A stretch of DNA of 63,481 bases, the filler included. It is 6 parts of 6 records of this genome, joined end to end, with 100 filler letters (N's around TTAATTAATTAA, not from the genome) between each part and the next. Parts side by side here need not be neighbours in the genome. Positions count along the whole stretch, not along the records: positions 40,567 to 63,481 come from SRR31156797_36957; 5 more parts are not named here. One strand, 5' to 3'. Positions 50,648-62,414 of this stretch are shown here, in pieces. The position numbers and the translations under genes were made by a program. Numbering within the stretch: position 1 is the first letter of the stretch; each line of letters opens with the position of its first letter. The notes under the pieces are model-generated. The model saw only the letters and a program-made list of their open reading frames with translations. It searched no databases and was not told where the DNA came from.

Positions 50648-52546
50648 ATGCATCTGACCGGATATGTCGGTTTGCTTTTTTCACTGCTCGCGTTTCTTTT
50701 TCTCGCAGGATTTGCCGGTGTCGCAGCGTGGCGGCAGAATAAAGACTCACTGGTCTTTATCGAACGCGGGCAACTTCTGGCTTCCGGGGGCGTGATTTTT
50801 TCCACGCTGATTTTGATGGTCGGGCTGACCTCCAGAGATTATTCGTTCCGCTATGTCTATGACAATGTGGATAACGCGCTGTCCTTCGTCTATACGCTCA
50901 CGGCTTTGTGGGGTGGTCGCGAAGGATCGTTGCTTTTCTGGGAATTGATCATCGCCGTGTCCGGTATGATTTTGGTATCCACGCCGAGTTACAAATCTTT
51001 CAGCGACGACACCAAGTTGTATTTTTGGATGCTCTTTTTGGCTATTCAGGGATTCTTTTTGCTCCTGCTTACAGGGTGGTCCAATCCTTTTATCGAGATT
51101 ATTCCGGCACCAGCTGATGGGCGTGGTCTGAATCCGCTTTTACGTAACCCCGGCATGATCTTTCATCCGCCATTGTTATTTCTCGGTTTTGCTTTGTATG
51201 CCATTCCGGCGTGTGCTGCATTGGCTGCCTCCATCTCGGGTGAAAAGAAATCGTGGATTACCGTAACCCGTAACTGGAACATCCTGTCTTGGGTATTTCT
51301 GACCGCAGGGATCGTGCTGGGTGCGTGGTGGTCCTATATGGAATTGGGTTGGGGCGGTTACTGGGCATGGGACCCGGTTGAAAACGCGTCTTTGATTCCG
51401 TGGTTTGCTGGTACCGCCGTGTTGCATACATCCATTATTGAATCTCGCCGTAATGCTTTGCAGCGTACCAACGTCTTTCTTATGTCCCTGACGTTTATAT
51501 TGTGTATTTTTTCGACCTATTTGACTCGGTCTGGTGTCATTGACTCTCTCCATACATTTGGTGAATCCGGTGTCGCCAAGCCGTTGTTTTGGTTTATGAT
51601 GATCGGGTTGCTTGTCACACTTATGGTGACATTCCTGTCCGAACGTTTGACCCATCGTAGCCTGTCCGACTTTTTGAGCCGACAGGGTATGCTGGTTATC
51701 GCGGCTTGGTTCCTGCTTGCTTTGGGTATGGTTGTTACTTTGGGGACCATGTGGCCGGTCATCAGTCAGATTTGGACTGACAAACCACTTGGCCTTGATG
51801 CCCATTTCTATAATCGGGTCTGTCTGCCGTTTATGTCGTGCCTTGTGCTTATCTTCTGCTACTGTCCGTGGCTTGGCTGGAAGGGGGGCATTCGCAATAT
51901 GAAGGGCTTTATCGGCGTGTCTGTCGCGCTGGCCGTCAGTTTTGTCGGGTTCTATTTGTCAGGCATGACAAATGTTTTGGCTGCTTTGACCGCAGCCGCA
52001 TCTGTTGCCGCGATTTTCGGTATGGTCATGCTGTTTGTCCTTTATCCGTCCATGCGGAAAACTCGTCAGTCTTGGGGAGCTTATGGTATCCATCTTGGTT
52101 TGGTGCTTATCGCTCTTGGGATTGCATTCTCTGGTCCGTACAAGATTGAGCGGGAAGTTGTCTTGGCCAGAGGCGAGTCCGTGGTCATTGACGACTATAC
52201 GCTTACCTTTACTGATCTGGTGCAGGACGGGAATATCGGCGATATCAAGCTGCGAGCCACTGCCACTCTTGAAGTTTTTGAGGACGGCAAGTTGACGGGT
52301 ATCATGATGCCGGACAAGCGTATTTACCGGAACTTCGAGCGACAGCAGTTTGCTGAGGTGTCCACAGTTCCCAGTCTTGGGGACGAGCTATACTCGACGT
52401 TGCTCGGCTTGACTGAGGACGACAAGGCCAGCTTCAAGATCAGCGTTAACCCGCTTATCAACTGGATCTGGATTGGTGGGACGCTCATGAGTATTCTCGC
52501 TTTCCTGTTGCTTCGGCGTATGCCTCGACCCGGCGAGGGCCGATAG
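50648..52546 (+). CDS. ccmF: Cytochrome c heme lyase
   Basis: WGGREGSLLFW, GLNPLL, HPP, WGGYWAWDPVENASLIPW (WWD domain). Confidence 0.95.
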   Translation: MHLTGYVGLLFSLLAFLFLAGFAGVAAWRQNKDSLVFIERGQLLASGGVIFSTLILMVGLTSRDYSFRYVYDNVDNALSFVYTLTALWGGREGSLLFWELIIAVSGMILVSTPSYKSFSDDTKLYFWMLFLAIQGFFLLLLTGWSNPFIEIIPAPADGRGLNPLLRNPGMIFHPPLLFLGFALYAIPACAALAASISGEKKSWITVTRNWNILSWVFLTAGIVLGAWWSYMELGWGGYWAWDPVENASLIPWFAGTAVLHTSIIESRRNALQRTNVFLMSLTFILCIFSTYLTRSGVIDSLHTFGESGVAKPLFWFMMIGLLVTLMVTFLSERLTHRSLSDFLSRQGMLVIAAWFLLALGMVVTLGTMWPVISQIWTDKPLGLDAHFYNRVCLPFMSCLVLIFCYCPWLGWKGGIRNMKGFIGVSVALAVSFVGFYLSGMTNVLAALTAAASVAAIFGMVMLFVLYPSMRKTRQSWGAYGIHLGLVLIALGIAFSGPYKIEREVVLARGESVVIDDYTLTFTDLVQDGNIGDIKLRATATLEVFEDGKLTGIMMPDKRIYRNFERQQFAEVSTVPSLGDELYSTLLGLTEDDKASFKISVNPLINWIWIGGTLMSILAFLLLRRMPRPGEGR

Positions 52547-53206
52547 ATGGCGAACGCGCCTTTGCTTACTGTGAAGCGGGTTGCCAAGTTTTTTGGCAGT
52601 AAACTCGTGTTCAAGGAAGTCTCCTGCGATGTTGTGCCTGGTGAAATTCTGCTCGTGGCCGGACATAACGGTGCGGGTAAATCGACGCTCATGCGCATCA
52701 TGGCCGGATTGTCCAAACCGTCGGCCGGAGAGGTTTCTTTGAACGTCGAACCGGAAGATTCGGCCTATCTTGGGCATGCCACCTTTATTTATCCGGGCTT
52801 GTCGGCTTTGGAAAATTTGAAATTCTGGGGTTCCATGTATGGGCTTTCGCCATCCCGTGATCAACTCATAGAGCTGCTTAAACGGGTCGGGCTTGAACGT
52901 GCGGCCGAAGAGAAGGCCGGTTCCTTTTCGCGAGGCATGGCCCAGCGACTGAATTTGGCGCGTATTTATCTTGTGGAACCGAAGCTTATTTTTCTCGATG
53001 AACCTGGTACAGGACTTGACCCGCGTTCTCTGGCAAAACTCAGGAGCGAGATAACCGGATTGCGTGACAAAGGTGTCAGCGTGATTTGGGTCAGTCATCA
53101 AGTGGCTGACGATACGAAACTTGCCGACAAGGTTCTCGCGTTGGGTGGCAGAAAGGTGGAATATTTTGGTCCCGCATCCGAGTACGTGGTGGAGGCAACA
53201 TGCTGA
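52547..53206 (+). CDS. ccmA: Heme exporter ATP-binding subunit
   Basis: GHNGAGKST, FSRGMAQR, LDEP; position in ccm operon. Confidence 0.88.
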   Translation: MANAPLLTVKRVAKFFGSKLVFKEVSCDVVPGEILLVAGHNGAGKSTLMRIMAGLSKPSAGEVSLNVEPEDSAYLGHATFIYPGLSALENLKFWGSMYGLSPSRDQLIELLKRVGLERAAEEKAGSFSRGMAQRLNLARIYLVEPKLIFLDEPGTGLDPRSLAKLRSEITGLRDKGVSVIWVSHQVADDTKLADKVLALGGRKVEYFGPASEYVVEATC

Positions 53207-53877
53207 AACGCGCCGGAATACTTGCTTCCAAAGACCTTAAATTATCAATGTCTGGCGGGCAGGGATTAGTACAGGCCGTTTTGCTTGGTTTGTTACTCAT
53301 CTTTTTGTTTTCTCTCTCAAAACCGTTGGGTGGCGGCATTTCTCCGCAGGCGGCAGGGGCCATTTTTTGGCTCGCCTCAGCCTTTGGATTGGTGCTTGTT
53401 TTCAATGATCTTTTTGCTATCGAGGAAACCAACGGTGCACGTATAGGCATCCTTTCCTCTCCTGTGCCTGTGCATGCAGTGTGGATTGGCAAAGGTGTGG
53501 CCGGGTTGAGTCTGCTCCTGATTTCCCAGCTTGTTTTTCTTCCGGCCACAGCCGCATTCCTTGGGCAGACCGTGCACGGTCCAGTGTGGTTGCTTGCGGT
53601 GACTTTGGTCGGGGCCGATATAGGGCTGGTGGTTATCGGCGCGCTCCTTGGGGCGTTGTCTCAGGGACAGGCCGCACGCGAATCCTTATTATCTGTCATC
53701 GTTTTTCCGTTGTTGTTGCCTGTGTTGTTGTCAGGGATCACCTTGTTCGGCATGTGCTTTTCGCCGGAACCGGTGGAAGCCCCTGATAAGTGGCTTGGTT
53801 TGATTTTTGCCTTTGATTGTCTTTTTTCCGGGGCCGGATTGTTTCTGTTCCCGTTCGTTTATAGTGGGGAAGAGTAA
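53200..53877 (+). CDS. ccmB: Heme exporter permease
   Basis: Six-TM protein between ccmA and ccmC; RESLLSVIVFPLLLP. Confidence 0.88.
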   Translation: MLKRAGILASKDLKLSMSGGQGLVQAVLLGLLLIFLFSLSKPLGGGISPQAAGAIFWLASAFGLVLVFNDLFAIEETNGARIGILSSPVPVHAVWIGKGVAGLSLLLISQLVFLPATAAFLGQTVHGPVWLLAVTLVGADIGLVVIGALLGALSQGQAARESLLSVIVFPLLLPVLLSGITLFGMCFSPEPVEAPDKWLGLIFAFDCLFSGAGLFLFPFVYSGEE

Positions 53878-53879
53878 CT

Positions 53880-54545
53880 ATGAAAGTAAAAGTACTCGCA
53901 CTGTTGGCAGGTCTGGCCTTGCTCGTGCATCAGTCCATGATTTGGTTTTATGCACCTGTGGCCCAATCCGGTCCGGTGCAGAAAATTTTTTATATGCACT
54001 TGCCCTGTTCGTGGTGGGCACTGGTGTCCTTTTTCGTGGTTTTCGTGTCGTCCATTCTCTACCTGTTCAATCGCAAGGATATGTATGACCGGGTGGCCGG
54101 AGCCGCTGCGGAATTGGGTGTTCTGTTTGCCTCGCTTGCCTTGGTGACCGGTTCAGTCTGGGCACGAGCAGAGTGGGGACATTGGTGGCTCTGGGATCCG
54201 AAGCTGACCACCGCGCTTATCATGTGGTATGTGTACGCAGGATATCTGGTGCTGAGGAATACACCCATGGGACGGGACCGAAAGGCCTTGGTTTGTGCCG
54301 TGCTTGGTATTGTCGCATTTCTGGATGTACCGCTTGTCTTTTTTGCAGCCAAATTATGGGGCAGCGCCCATCCTGATGGATTGGCCCGAGAAGGGTCGGG
54401 CATGGCAGTCCGCATGTGGTACACGGTACTCGCAGGCTTGGTCGCCTTTGGTTTTATGTGGGGAGCCATGTTGCTTACACGCATTAAACAACTGAGCCAG
54501 CAGGCAAAGCTCGAAGCTATGCTTATCTGGGATGATGAAAACTAG
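53880..54545 (+). CDS. ccmC: Heme exporter/chaperone CcmC
   Basis: IFYMHLP, TGSVWARAEWGHWWLWDPKLT, HP. Confidence 0.92.
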   Translation: MKVKVLALLAGLALLVHQSMIWFYAPVAQSGPVQKIFYMHLPCSWWALVSFFVVFVSSILYLFNRKDMYDRVAGAAAELGVLFASLALVTGSVWARAEWGHWWLWDPKLTTALIMWYVYAGYLVLRNTPMGRDRKALVCAVLGIVAFLDVPLVFFAAKLWGSAHPDGLAREGSGMAVRMWYTVLAGLVAFGFMWGAMLLTRIKQLSQQAKLEAMLIWDDEN

Positions 54546-54573
54546 AATTTCTTAATTCATATAAGGATTTAAA

Positions 54574-54720
54574 ATGTCTGCAACCACTTATATCTTTATC
54601 GCAAACGTCGCTGTCTGGCTTGGTGTTGCCGGATATCTCGTATTTCTGGCGTCCAAGTCCGCAGGATTGGAGAAGCGCGTGCAGCAGCTCGAACTTTTGG
54701 GGGACGATAATGACAGCTAA
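54574..54720 (+). CDS. ccmD: CcmD family small membrane protein (48 aa; not in the supplied ORF track)
   Basis: AAGGA RBS; MSATTYIFIANVAVWLGVAGYLVFLASKSAGLEKRVQQLELLGDDNDS: one TM plus charged tail right after ccmC. Confidence 0.8.
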   Translation: MSATTYIFIANVAVWLGVAGYLVFLASKSAGLEKRVQQLELLGDDNDS

Positions 54721-55336
54721 TGTGACCACATTTGGCCGTAAAGCCCTTATCTTGACTGTGATTTTGGCCATTGGTGCCATGTTTGTGACCAGTTTTGTTT
54801 ATCGGATGGAAAATCCGAATCTTTTTGTAAAAGCGCAACAGCCGCAACATACTGCTAATGACGGTCATGACCACGACGGTGATGGTGTGCCTGATAATGA
54901 AGGGCAGGCCATGGGTGGTGTCTCAAATGGTGCCATGTCCAAGGTCAAGGAGTTCATGGCTCGCGTTGATGCCAATCCGAACGATGCCGAAGCGCTTGTT
55001 GGTCTTGGGAATTCTTTTCTCATGATGCGAGCTTGGGATCGCGCTCTGCAACCGCTTTTGAAGGCCCGCTCACTTCAGCCCGACAATACCACAGTTCTCA
55101 AGGGCATTGGTATTGCCTATTTCAACAAGGAAGATTTTACCAAGGCTGCAGAATCCTATGAAGCCATTTTGAAAATCGATGATAAAGATACGCTTGCACT
55201 CTTTAATTTAGGTGTCATTAACAAGCATTATTTCAAAAAGCCTGACGAAGCGGGAACATACTTTTCTCGGGTTCTAGAACTGGAAAAGGATGATCAGGAG
55301 ATGATAAAGCTGGCTCGGAAGGAACTTGATAAATAA
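54710..55336 (+). CDS. TPR protein of the ccm operon (CcmI/CycH-like)
   Basis: TM, DGHDHDGDG linker and three TPR-like repeats. Confidence 0.78.
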   Translation: MTANVTTFGRKALILTVILAIGAMFVTSFVYRMENPNLFVKAQQPQHTANDGHDHDGDGVPDNEGQAMGGVSNGAMSKVKEFMARVDANPNDAEALVGLGNSFLMMRAWDRALQPLLKARSLQPDNTTVLKGIGIAYFNKEDFTKAAESYEAILKIDDKDTLALFNLGVINKHYFKKPDEAGTYFSRVLELEKDDQEMIKLARKELDK

Positions 55337-55387
55337 AAAACCTGCGAAAACAGGTTGTTGAGTCACTGAATGTTTAAGGGGATGTGA

Positions 55388-55415
55388 TTGACAATATTTG
55401 TAAAATACATACAAT
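55388..55415 (+). promoter_or_regulatory. Putative sigma70 promoter of the liv operon
   Basis: TTGACA-N16-TACAAT. Confidence 0.5.
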
Positions 55416-55526
55416 GACTTACTTGTACTCAGAAAACTGCGGGGAGCTGTTTTCTGAGTCGGTTTGTAAGTTCTTTGTATACACCAAAGTGGTAGTGAAC
55501 CTTATACTTTTTTAGGAGAGAGAAGC

Positions 55527-56693
55527 ATGAGAGTCAAACTGAGTCTGATCGCTCTGTGCCTGGTCATGGTGGCCATGTTGGCAGCGTGTAGCGGTGAAGC
55601 TGAGAAAGCTGATGAAAAAGCTGATGTCGAAACTGGTGAAGTGGCTCCTGCCGCCAAGCTCGTTCTCGGTGTCGCTGGTGCCCATTCCGGTGATTTGGCC
55701 TCTTACGGCCTGCCCACTGTCAATGCGGCCAAGCTTGTTGCAGCCAAAATTAATGCAGCCGGTGGTGTCAATGGCGCCATGGTTGAAGTCGTTGCACAGG
55801 ATGATCAGTGCAAGCCTGAATTGGCTACAAACGCTGCGACGAAGATGTTGTCCGACGACGTGAAGATCGTACTCGGTCATATCTGTTCCGGCGCGACTAA
55901 AGCCGCTCTGCCCATCTACCTTGATGGCAAGATCGTGGTCATGTCTCCCTCCGCAACCAACCCGCCGTTGACCCAGTCCGGCGAGTATCCGAACTTTTTC
56001 CGTACCATCGCTCCTGATGACGCTCAGGCCGCTCTTGAAGTTGAATTCGCCAAAGGTCTCGGTCTCAAGAACATCGCCATTATCCACGACAAGGGTGATT
56101 ACGGTAAAGGTTTTGCCTCTTTCTGCAAGCAGTTCATTGAAGCTGATGCCGATATTCAGGTCGCCCTGTTTGAAGGTGTGACCCCCGGGGCAGTCGATTA
56201 TTCCGCCGTTGTTCAGAAGATCAAAGGCTCCGGTGCTGATGGCGTCATCTTTGGTGGTTACCACCCCGAAGCGTCCAAGGTCGTTACCGGTATGCGCAAG
56301 AAAGGCCTTGAGATTCCTTTCCTGTCTGATGACGGTGTGAAAGATGATACCTTCATCAAGGTCGCTGGCAAATACGCTGAAGGCGTGTACGCTACCGGTC
56401 CCATGGATTTCTCTTCCAACCCGCTTTATCAGGAAGCCATTGCCGCTCATAAGGCAGAATTTGGTGCCGATCCCGGCCCGTTCTTCCCGGAAGCATACTC
56501 TGCCGCCCTGGCACTGCTCAAGGCTGTTGAGAACGCTGACAGCACCGATTACGATAAGGTCGTCGAAGCCCTTCACACCAAGAAGGTCGACACCCCGGTC
56601 GGTAATATCAAGTTCGATGCCAAGGGTGATGCCGAAGGTGTCGGCTTTGCCATCTACCAGGTGCAAGACGGCAAGTACGTTGAAATTAAGTAG
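55527..56693 (+). CDS. livK: Branched-chain amino acid ABC transporter substrate-binding lipoprotein
   Basis: LAAC lipobox; DDQCKP, GHICSGAT, FFRTIAPDDAQ. Confidence 0.9.
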   Translation: MRVKLSLIALCLVMVAMLAACSGEAEKADEKADVETGEVAPAAKLVLGVAGAHSGDLASYGLPTVNAAKLVAAKINAAGGVNGAMVEVVAQDDQCKPELATNAATKMLSDDVKIVLGHICSGATKAALPIYLDGKIVVMSPSATNPPLTQSGEYPNFFRTIAPDDAQAALEVEFAKGLGLKNIAIIHDKGDYGKGFASFCKQFIEADADIQVALFEGVTPGAVDYSAVVQKIKGSGADGVIFGGYHPEASKVVTGMRKKGLEIPFLSDDGVKDDTFIKVAGKYAEGVYATGPMDFSSNPLYQEAIAAHKAEFGADPGPFFPEAYSAALALLKAVENADSTDYDKVVEALHTKKVDTPVGNIKFDAKGDAEGVGFAIYQVQDGKYVEIK

Positions 56694-56717
56694 TAGCTGA
56701 TAGCAAAACACATTAAA

Positions 56718-56756
56718 CCAGGGGACGGGCAAAAGCCTGTCCCCTGGGTTTATTTA
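56718..56756 (+). terminator. Stem-loop after livK
   Basis: ccaggggacgggc/gcctgtcccctgg plus T-rich tail. Confidence 0.7.
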
Positions 56757-56775
56757 ATGAACAGGATTTCACGTA

Positions 56776-57678
56776 ATGGAATATTTTCTTGAGCTGTTTT
56801 TGGGTGGACTGACCCGGGGCAGCATATATGCTCTTATCGCTTTGGGCTACACCATGGTCTACGGCATTATCGAGCTTATCAACTTCGCTCATGGCGAGAT
56901 TTATATGATTGGCGCCTTTACGGGGCTGATCGTTGCTGGATTGTTGACGATGCTTGGGTTCCCCGGCATCGCCATACTGGCCATTGCGGTGGTCTGTGCG
57001 GTCGTTTGGGCCGCGGCATATGGGTACACTATTGAAAAGGTTGCCTATAAGCCGTTGCGCGGTGCGCCTCGCCTTTCCCCGCTGATTTCTGCCATCGGTA
57101 TGTCAATTTTCTTACAGAATTACGTCATGCTTGCCCAGACATCGGATTTCCTTCCGTTTCCTGAACTCATTCCCGAGTTTGGATTCATGAAGTCCATGGG
57201 CTCCATCATGAGTTCTTCCGAACTGGTCATCATTCTTGCCACGATATCTTCGTGTGTGGGACTGACGCTGTTCATCAAATTCACCAAATTGGGCAAGGCC
57301 ATGCGCGCCACGGCCCAGAATCGGAAGATGGCCATGCTTGTCGGCATCAATGTCGATATGGTTATTTCCGCGACCTTTATCATCGGGTCCAGTCTGGCTG
57401 CGGTTGGTGGTGTGCTCATTGCCTCCCATATCGGCCAGATTAACTACTACATCGGCTTTATCGCGGGTATCAAGGCGTTTACTGCTGCGGTACTCGGCGG
57501 CATCGGGTCCATTCCCGGTGCCATGCTTGGAGCCCTTGTACTTGGCCTGACCGAAGCCTTCGCAACCGGGTATGTCTCTTCAGACTACGAGGATGTGTTC
57601 GCATTTTGTTTGTTGGTGCTGATTTTGATTTTCAGACCATCAGGCATCATGGGCAAGGAAAAGACCCAGAAGGTCTAA
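56776..57678 (+). CDS. livH: BCAA ABC permease
   Basis: GSIYALIALGYTMVYGII.LINFAHG, KAFTAAVLGGIG. Confidence 0.93.
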   Translation: MEYFLELFLGGLTRGSIYALIALGYTMVYGIIELINFAHGEIYMIGAFTGLIVAGLLTMLGFPGIAILAIAVVCAVVWAAAYGYTIEKVAYKPLRGAPRLSPLISAIGMSIFLQNYVMLAQTSDFLPFPELIPEFGFMKSMGSIMSSSELVIILATISSCVGLTLFIKFTKLGKAMRATAQNRKMAMLVGINVDMVISATFIIGSSLAAVGGVLIASHIGQINYYIGFIAGIKAFTAAVLGGIGSIPGAMLGALVLGLTEAFATGYVSSDYEDVFAFCLLVLILIFRPSGIMGKEKTQKV

Positions 57679-57728
57679 CTATTGATTTTCAAGCAGCATG
57701 ATGTCGTACATCGTGCAAGGAATATATT

Positions 57729-59021
57729 GTGAGTAACGCAAGTAATACCATGGCCCAACAGAGCTTCATCAGCTTCTTTCTGTCCGCCGGGTGCGATAAT
57801 TTCGCCCAGGCTTTGAAGAGGTCGTTTGTCGCTGCTCTCTGGTTCGCCTTTTTGACATTCCCGATCATGGTTATCAGGGTCAATACCATCGAGAAAACGG
57901 TGGCATGGCACTGGGATCGCATGGCGTATATTGCACTGGCTGTCTTTTTTGGTTCCTTTGTCTGGCGTTGGTTGTTGGCCCGCAAGGAACTCAAGAAAGA
58001 TGAGAGCAAAGAGGAATCCCGCATGGAATCCCTGCTCACCAAGGTGCAGTCCAACACTGTTTTAAAATTAGTAGCTCTCGGCGCCATCGCTTTGGTCGCC
58101 GCCGCATTCCCTCAGGTTTTCAATCTGTATCAGACCAACATCATGGTTTCCTGCCTTGTGTACATCGTACTCGGATTGGGACTGAATATCGTTGTCGGTC
58201 TGGCTGGGTTGCTTGATCTTGGATACGTGGCTTTCTATGCGGTGGGTGCCTATGCCTATGCCTTGTGCAATATGCACTGGGGCATTGGTTTTTGGTTCAT
58301 GTTGCCCATAGGTGCAATACTTGGTGCGCTTCTTGGCGTCATTCTCGGTTTTCCGGTCCTGCGTCTGCGCGGCGACTATTTGGCTATCGTCACCCTTGGT
58401 TTTGGTGAGATTATTCGGTTGGTGCTGGAGAATTGGGGCGATGTCACCATGGGACCTTCCGGTATTTCCGGTATTGATCGTCCGGCACTGTTCGGCATGA
58501 AGATTGGTGTTATCGGTTCCACCCAGTACATGTATTATATCATGCTTGCCCTGTTGGTTTTTACGATTTTCTGCGTCAACAGATTGCAGAATTCACGTAT
58601 TGGCCGGGCGTGGCTCGCATTACGTGAAGATGAAATAGCGTGTCAGGCAATGGGCATCGACAAGATGAAAACCAAACTCATGGCTTTTGCTTTAGGTGCC
58701 ACCTGGGCCGGTATGGCCGGTGTGGTTTTTGCGGCCAAGACGAGCTTTATCAATCCCGCGTCATTCACCTTTTGGGAATCAGCAATCATCCTGTCCATCG
58801 TTGTCATTGGTGGCATGGGGTCTATCCGCGGTGTCATTGCCGGTGCCATTATTTTGATTTTGGTGCCGGAGTATCTCCGTGATTTTGCTGAATTCAGAAT
58901 GCTCTTGTTTGGTGCCATCATGGTTTTGGTCATGGTGTTCAGACCGCAGGGATTGATCAGCGCCAAGCGTAAAATCTATCATTACACAGCTTCCAAAACT
59001 GCGAGTGCAGGCAATGAATAA
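57729..59021 (+). CDS. livM: BCAA ABC permease
   Basis: GLAGLLDLGYVAFYAVGAY, LRLRGDYLAIVTLGFGEI. Confidence 0.93.
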   Translation: MSNASNTMAQQSFISFFLSAGCDNFAQALKRSFVAALWFAFLTFPIMVIRVNTIEKTVAWHWDRMAYIALAVFFGSFVWRWLLARKELKKDESKEESRMESLLTKVQSNTVLKLVALGAIALVAAAFPQVFNLYQTNIMVSCLVYIVLGLGLNIVVGLAGLLDLGYVAFYAVGAYAYALCNMHWGIGFWFMLPIGAILGALLGVILGFPVLRLRGDYLAIVTLGFGEIIRLVLENWGDVTMGPSGISGIDRPALFGMKIGVIGSTQYMYYIMLALLVFTIFCVNRLQNSRIGRAWLALREDEIACQAMGIDKMKTKLMAFALGATWAGMAGVVFAAKTSFINPASFTFWESAIILSIVVIGGMGSIRGVIAGAIILILVPEYLRDFAEFRMLLFGAIMVLVMVFRPQGLISAKRKIYHYTASKTASAGNE

Positions 59022-59808
59022 TCCAGTCTTGAATGTCAAAACGGTGAGCAAGGACTTTGGGGGCATCCGTGCCCTTGATGAAGTCGATCTCGTCGTGAAT
59101 GACAAGGAAATCGTGGCCCTGATCGGTCCGAACGGAGCAGGGAAGACCACATTCTTCAACTGCATTACAGGTATCTATACTCCGACTTCAGGCGATGTGA
59201 TCATTGATCCGGATGCGTCGGGGACGGTCGTACGAATCAACGGCAAAAAACCGAATATTGTTACCGAATACGGCATGGCCCGTACCTTTCAGAACATTCG
59301 GCTGTTTCAGTCCATGACTGCTCTGGAAAACGTCATGATCGGCACGCACTGTCGTACCAAGGCATCAATATGGGGTGCTGTTTCCCGTAACAAGGCCGCT
59401 CGTGAAGAAGAGCAGGCTGTCATTGAAAAAGCATATCATCTGTTGGAATTGGTCGGATTGAGCGAATTTGCTGATGAACTGTCATCCAATATGCCGTATG
59501 GTAAACAACGTCGGCTTGAAATTGCCCGTGCATTGGCCACTGACCCATTTCTGCTCTTGCTGGATGAGCCCGCTGCGGGTATGAACCCGCAAGAGACGTT
59601 GGATCTGGAACAGCTCATTATGGATATTCGTGAACAGTTCAATATCTCCATCATGCTTATTGAGCATGATATGAAAATGGTCATGTCCATGTCAGATCGT
59701 ATTTACGTTCTTGATTACGGGCGTATGATTGCAACAGGGACGCCGCAGGAAATCGCTGATAATCCGACGGTCATCAAGGCTTACCTCGGGGAGGATCATG
59801 ATGACTAA
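59014..59808 (+). CDS. livG: BCAA ABC ATP-binding protein
   Basis: GPNGAGKTT, RTFQNIRLF, LDEPAAG, IKAYLG. Confidence 0.93.
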   Translation: MNNPVLNVKTVSKDFGGIRALDEVDLVVNDKEIVALIGPNGAGKTTFFNCITGIYTPTSGDVIIDPDASGTVVRINGKKPNIVTEYGMARTFQNIRLFQSMTALENVMIGTHCRTKASIWGAVSRNKAAREEEQAVIEKAYHLLELVGLSEFADELSSNMPYGKQRRLEIARALATDPFLLLLDEPAAGMNPQETLDLEQLIMDIREQFNISIMLIEHDMKMVMSMSDRIYVLDYGRMIATGTPQEIADNPTVIKAYLGEDHDD

Positions 59809-60517
59809 GATGCTTGAGCTGAAAAATGTTAATAGTTTTTACGGAAATATTCAGGCCCTGTATGATGTGAATCTGCATATCGATCAAGGCGAGATTATTA
59901 CTTTGATCGGGGCCAACGGTGCAGGCAAGTCCACAACGCTTATGACCGTATGCGGTGTAGTTCAGGCCCGCGAAGGGAAGGTGTTGTACGAAGGAGATGA
60001 TATCTCCCGAGAGGCACCGAACAAGATTGTGGCTCAGGGAATTTGTCAGGTGCCGGAAGGGCGTCTGATTTTCCCGGAACTCACAGTTCAGGAGAATCTC
60101 GATATGGGCGCATTCATGCGAAACGACAAGAATGCGATCAAGCGGGATATCGATTATTGCTATGATTTATTTCCCATTTTGGCAGAACGACGACGACAGC
60201 AAGGCGGAACCCTGTCGGGAGGGGAGCAACAGATGCTTGCCATCGGGCGTGCTCTTATGGCAAAGCCTCGTCTCCTGCTTCTGGATGAGCCATCGATGGG
60301 ACTAGCGCCCTTGGTCGTCCGGCAGATCTTCGAAATTATCAAGAAGGTCAATGCGGAAAACAACACCACCATCTTTTTGGTGGAGCAGAACGCCAACCTC
60401 GCGCTCAAGATAGGGCACCGAGGGTACGTCATGGAAAACGGGCGAGTCGTTCTCACAGACACCTGCGACAAGCTCCTTGAGGATGAGCAGGTGAAGAAGG
60501 CCTACCTAGGCTTATAA
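59801..60517 (+). CDS. livF: BCAA ABC ATP-binding protein
   Basis: GANGAGKST, LSGGEQQMLAIGRALM, LDEPSMGLAP. Confidence 0.93.
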   Translation: MTKMLELKNVNSFYGNIQALYDVNLHIDQGEIITLIGANGAGKSTTLMTVCGVVQAREGKVLYEGDDISREAPNKIVAQGICQVPEGRLIFPELTVQENLDMGAFMRNDKNAIKRDIDYCYDLFPILAERRRQQGGTLSGGEQQMLAIGRALMAKPRLLLLDEPSMGLAPLVVRQIFEIIKKVNAENNTTIFLVEQNANLALKIGHRGYVMENGRVVLTDTCDKLLEDEQVKKAYLGL

Positions 60518-62047
<1,530 letters not shown>

Positions 62048-62131
62048 ACAGTTTTTGTGGCAGGATTGAATCCACCCTGCCGCTTAAAACTTTTTGGGGC
62101 GTGTTCGCGCAAGTGGTGCGCACGGGAGAAT

Positions 62132-62236
62132 ACGCCTTGTGAAGTCCGGGAGAAATCATAGGAGTAGAAGGACGAATCCATCCGTTCTGTTCCGCCGGTT
62201 TCTCCCGGGCAGTCGCAATTCGGCCCTACAGGGCGT
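62132..62236 (+). ncRNA. Candidate structured RNA in the guaB-guaA intergenic region
   Basis: Nested stems acgccttgt/acagggcgt, gtccgggagaaatc/ggtttctcccgggc and ggagtagaa/ttctgttcc with several G-U pairs on the + strand. Confidence 0.35.
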
Positions 62237-62414
62237 GACCCTCGATATTTTGTTCCGCTTATTCTGTTCTGCCATGTCAGGATAAAGCGGCAGAGTCTCC
62301 CTTCTATTGCTTTTTTTTCAAAGCGTACAAGTGCGTTATTGAGATTGAGGGCAAAATCGGAGGGAAGGCATCTTCTACTTTTCATTTTTGGCATAGTGAA
62401 TTAGAGAGACATAC

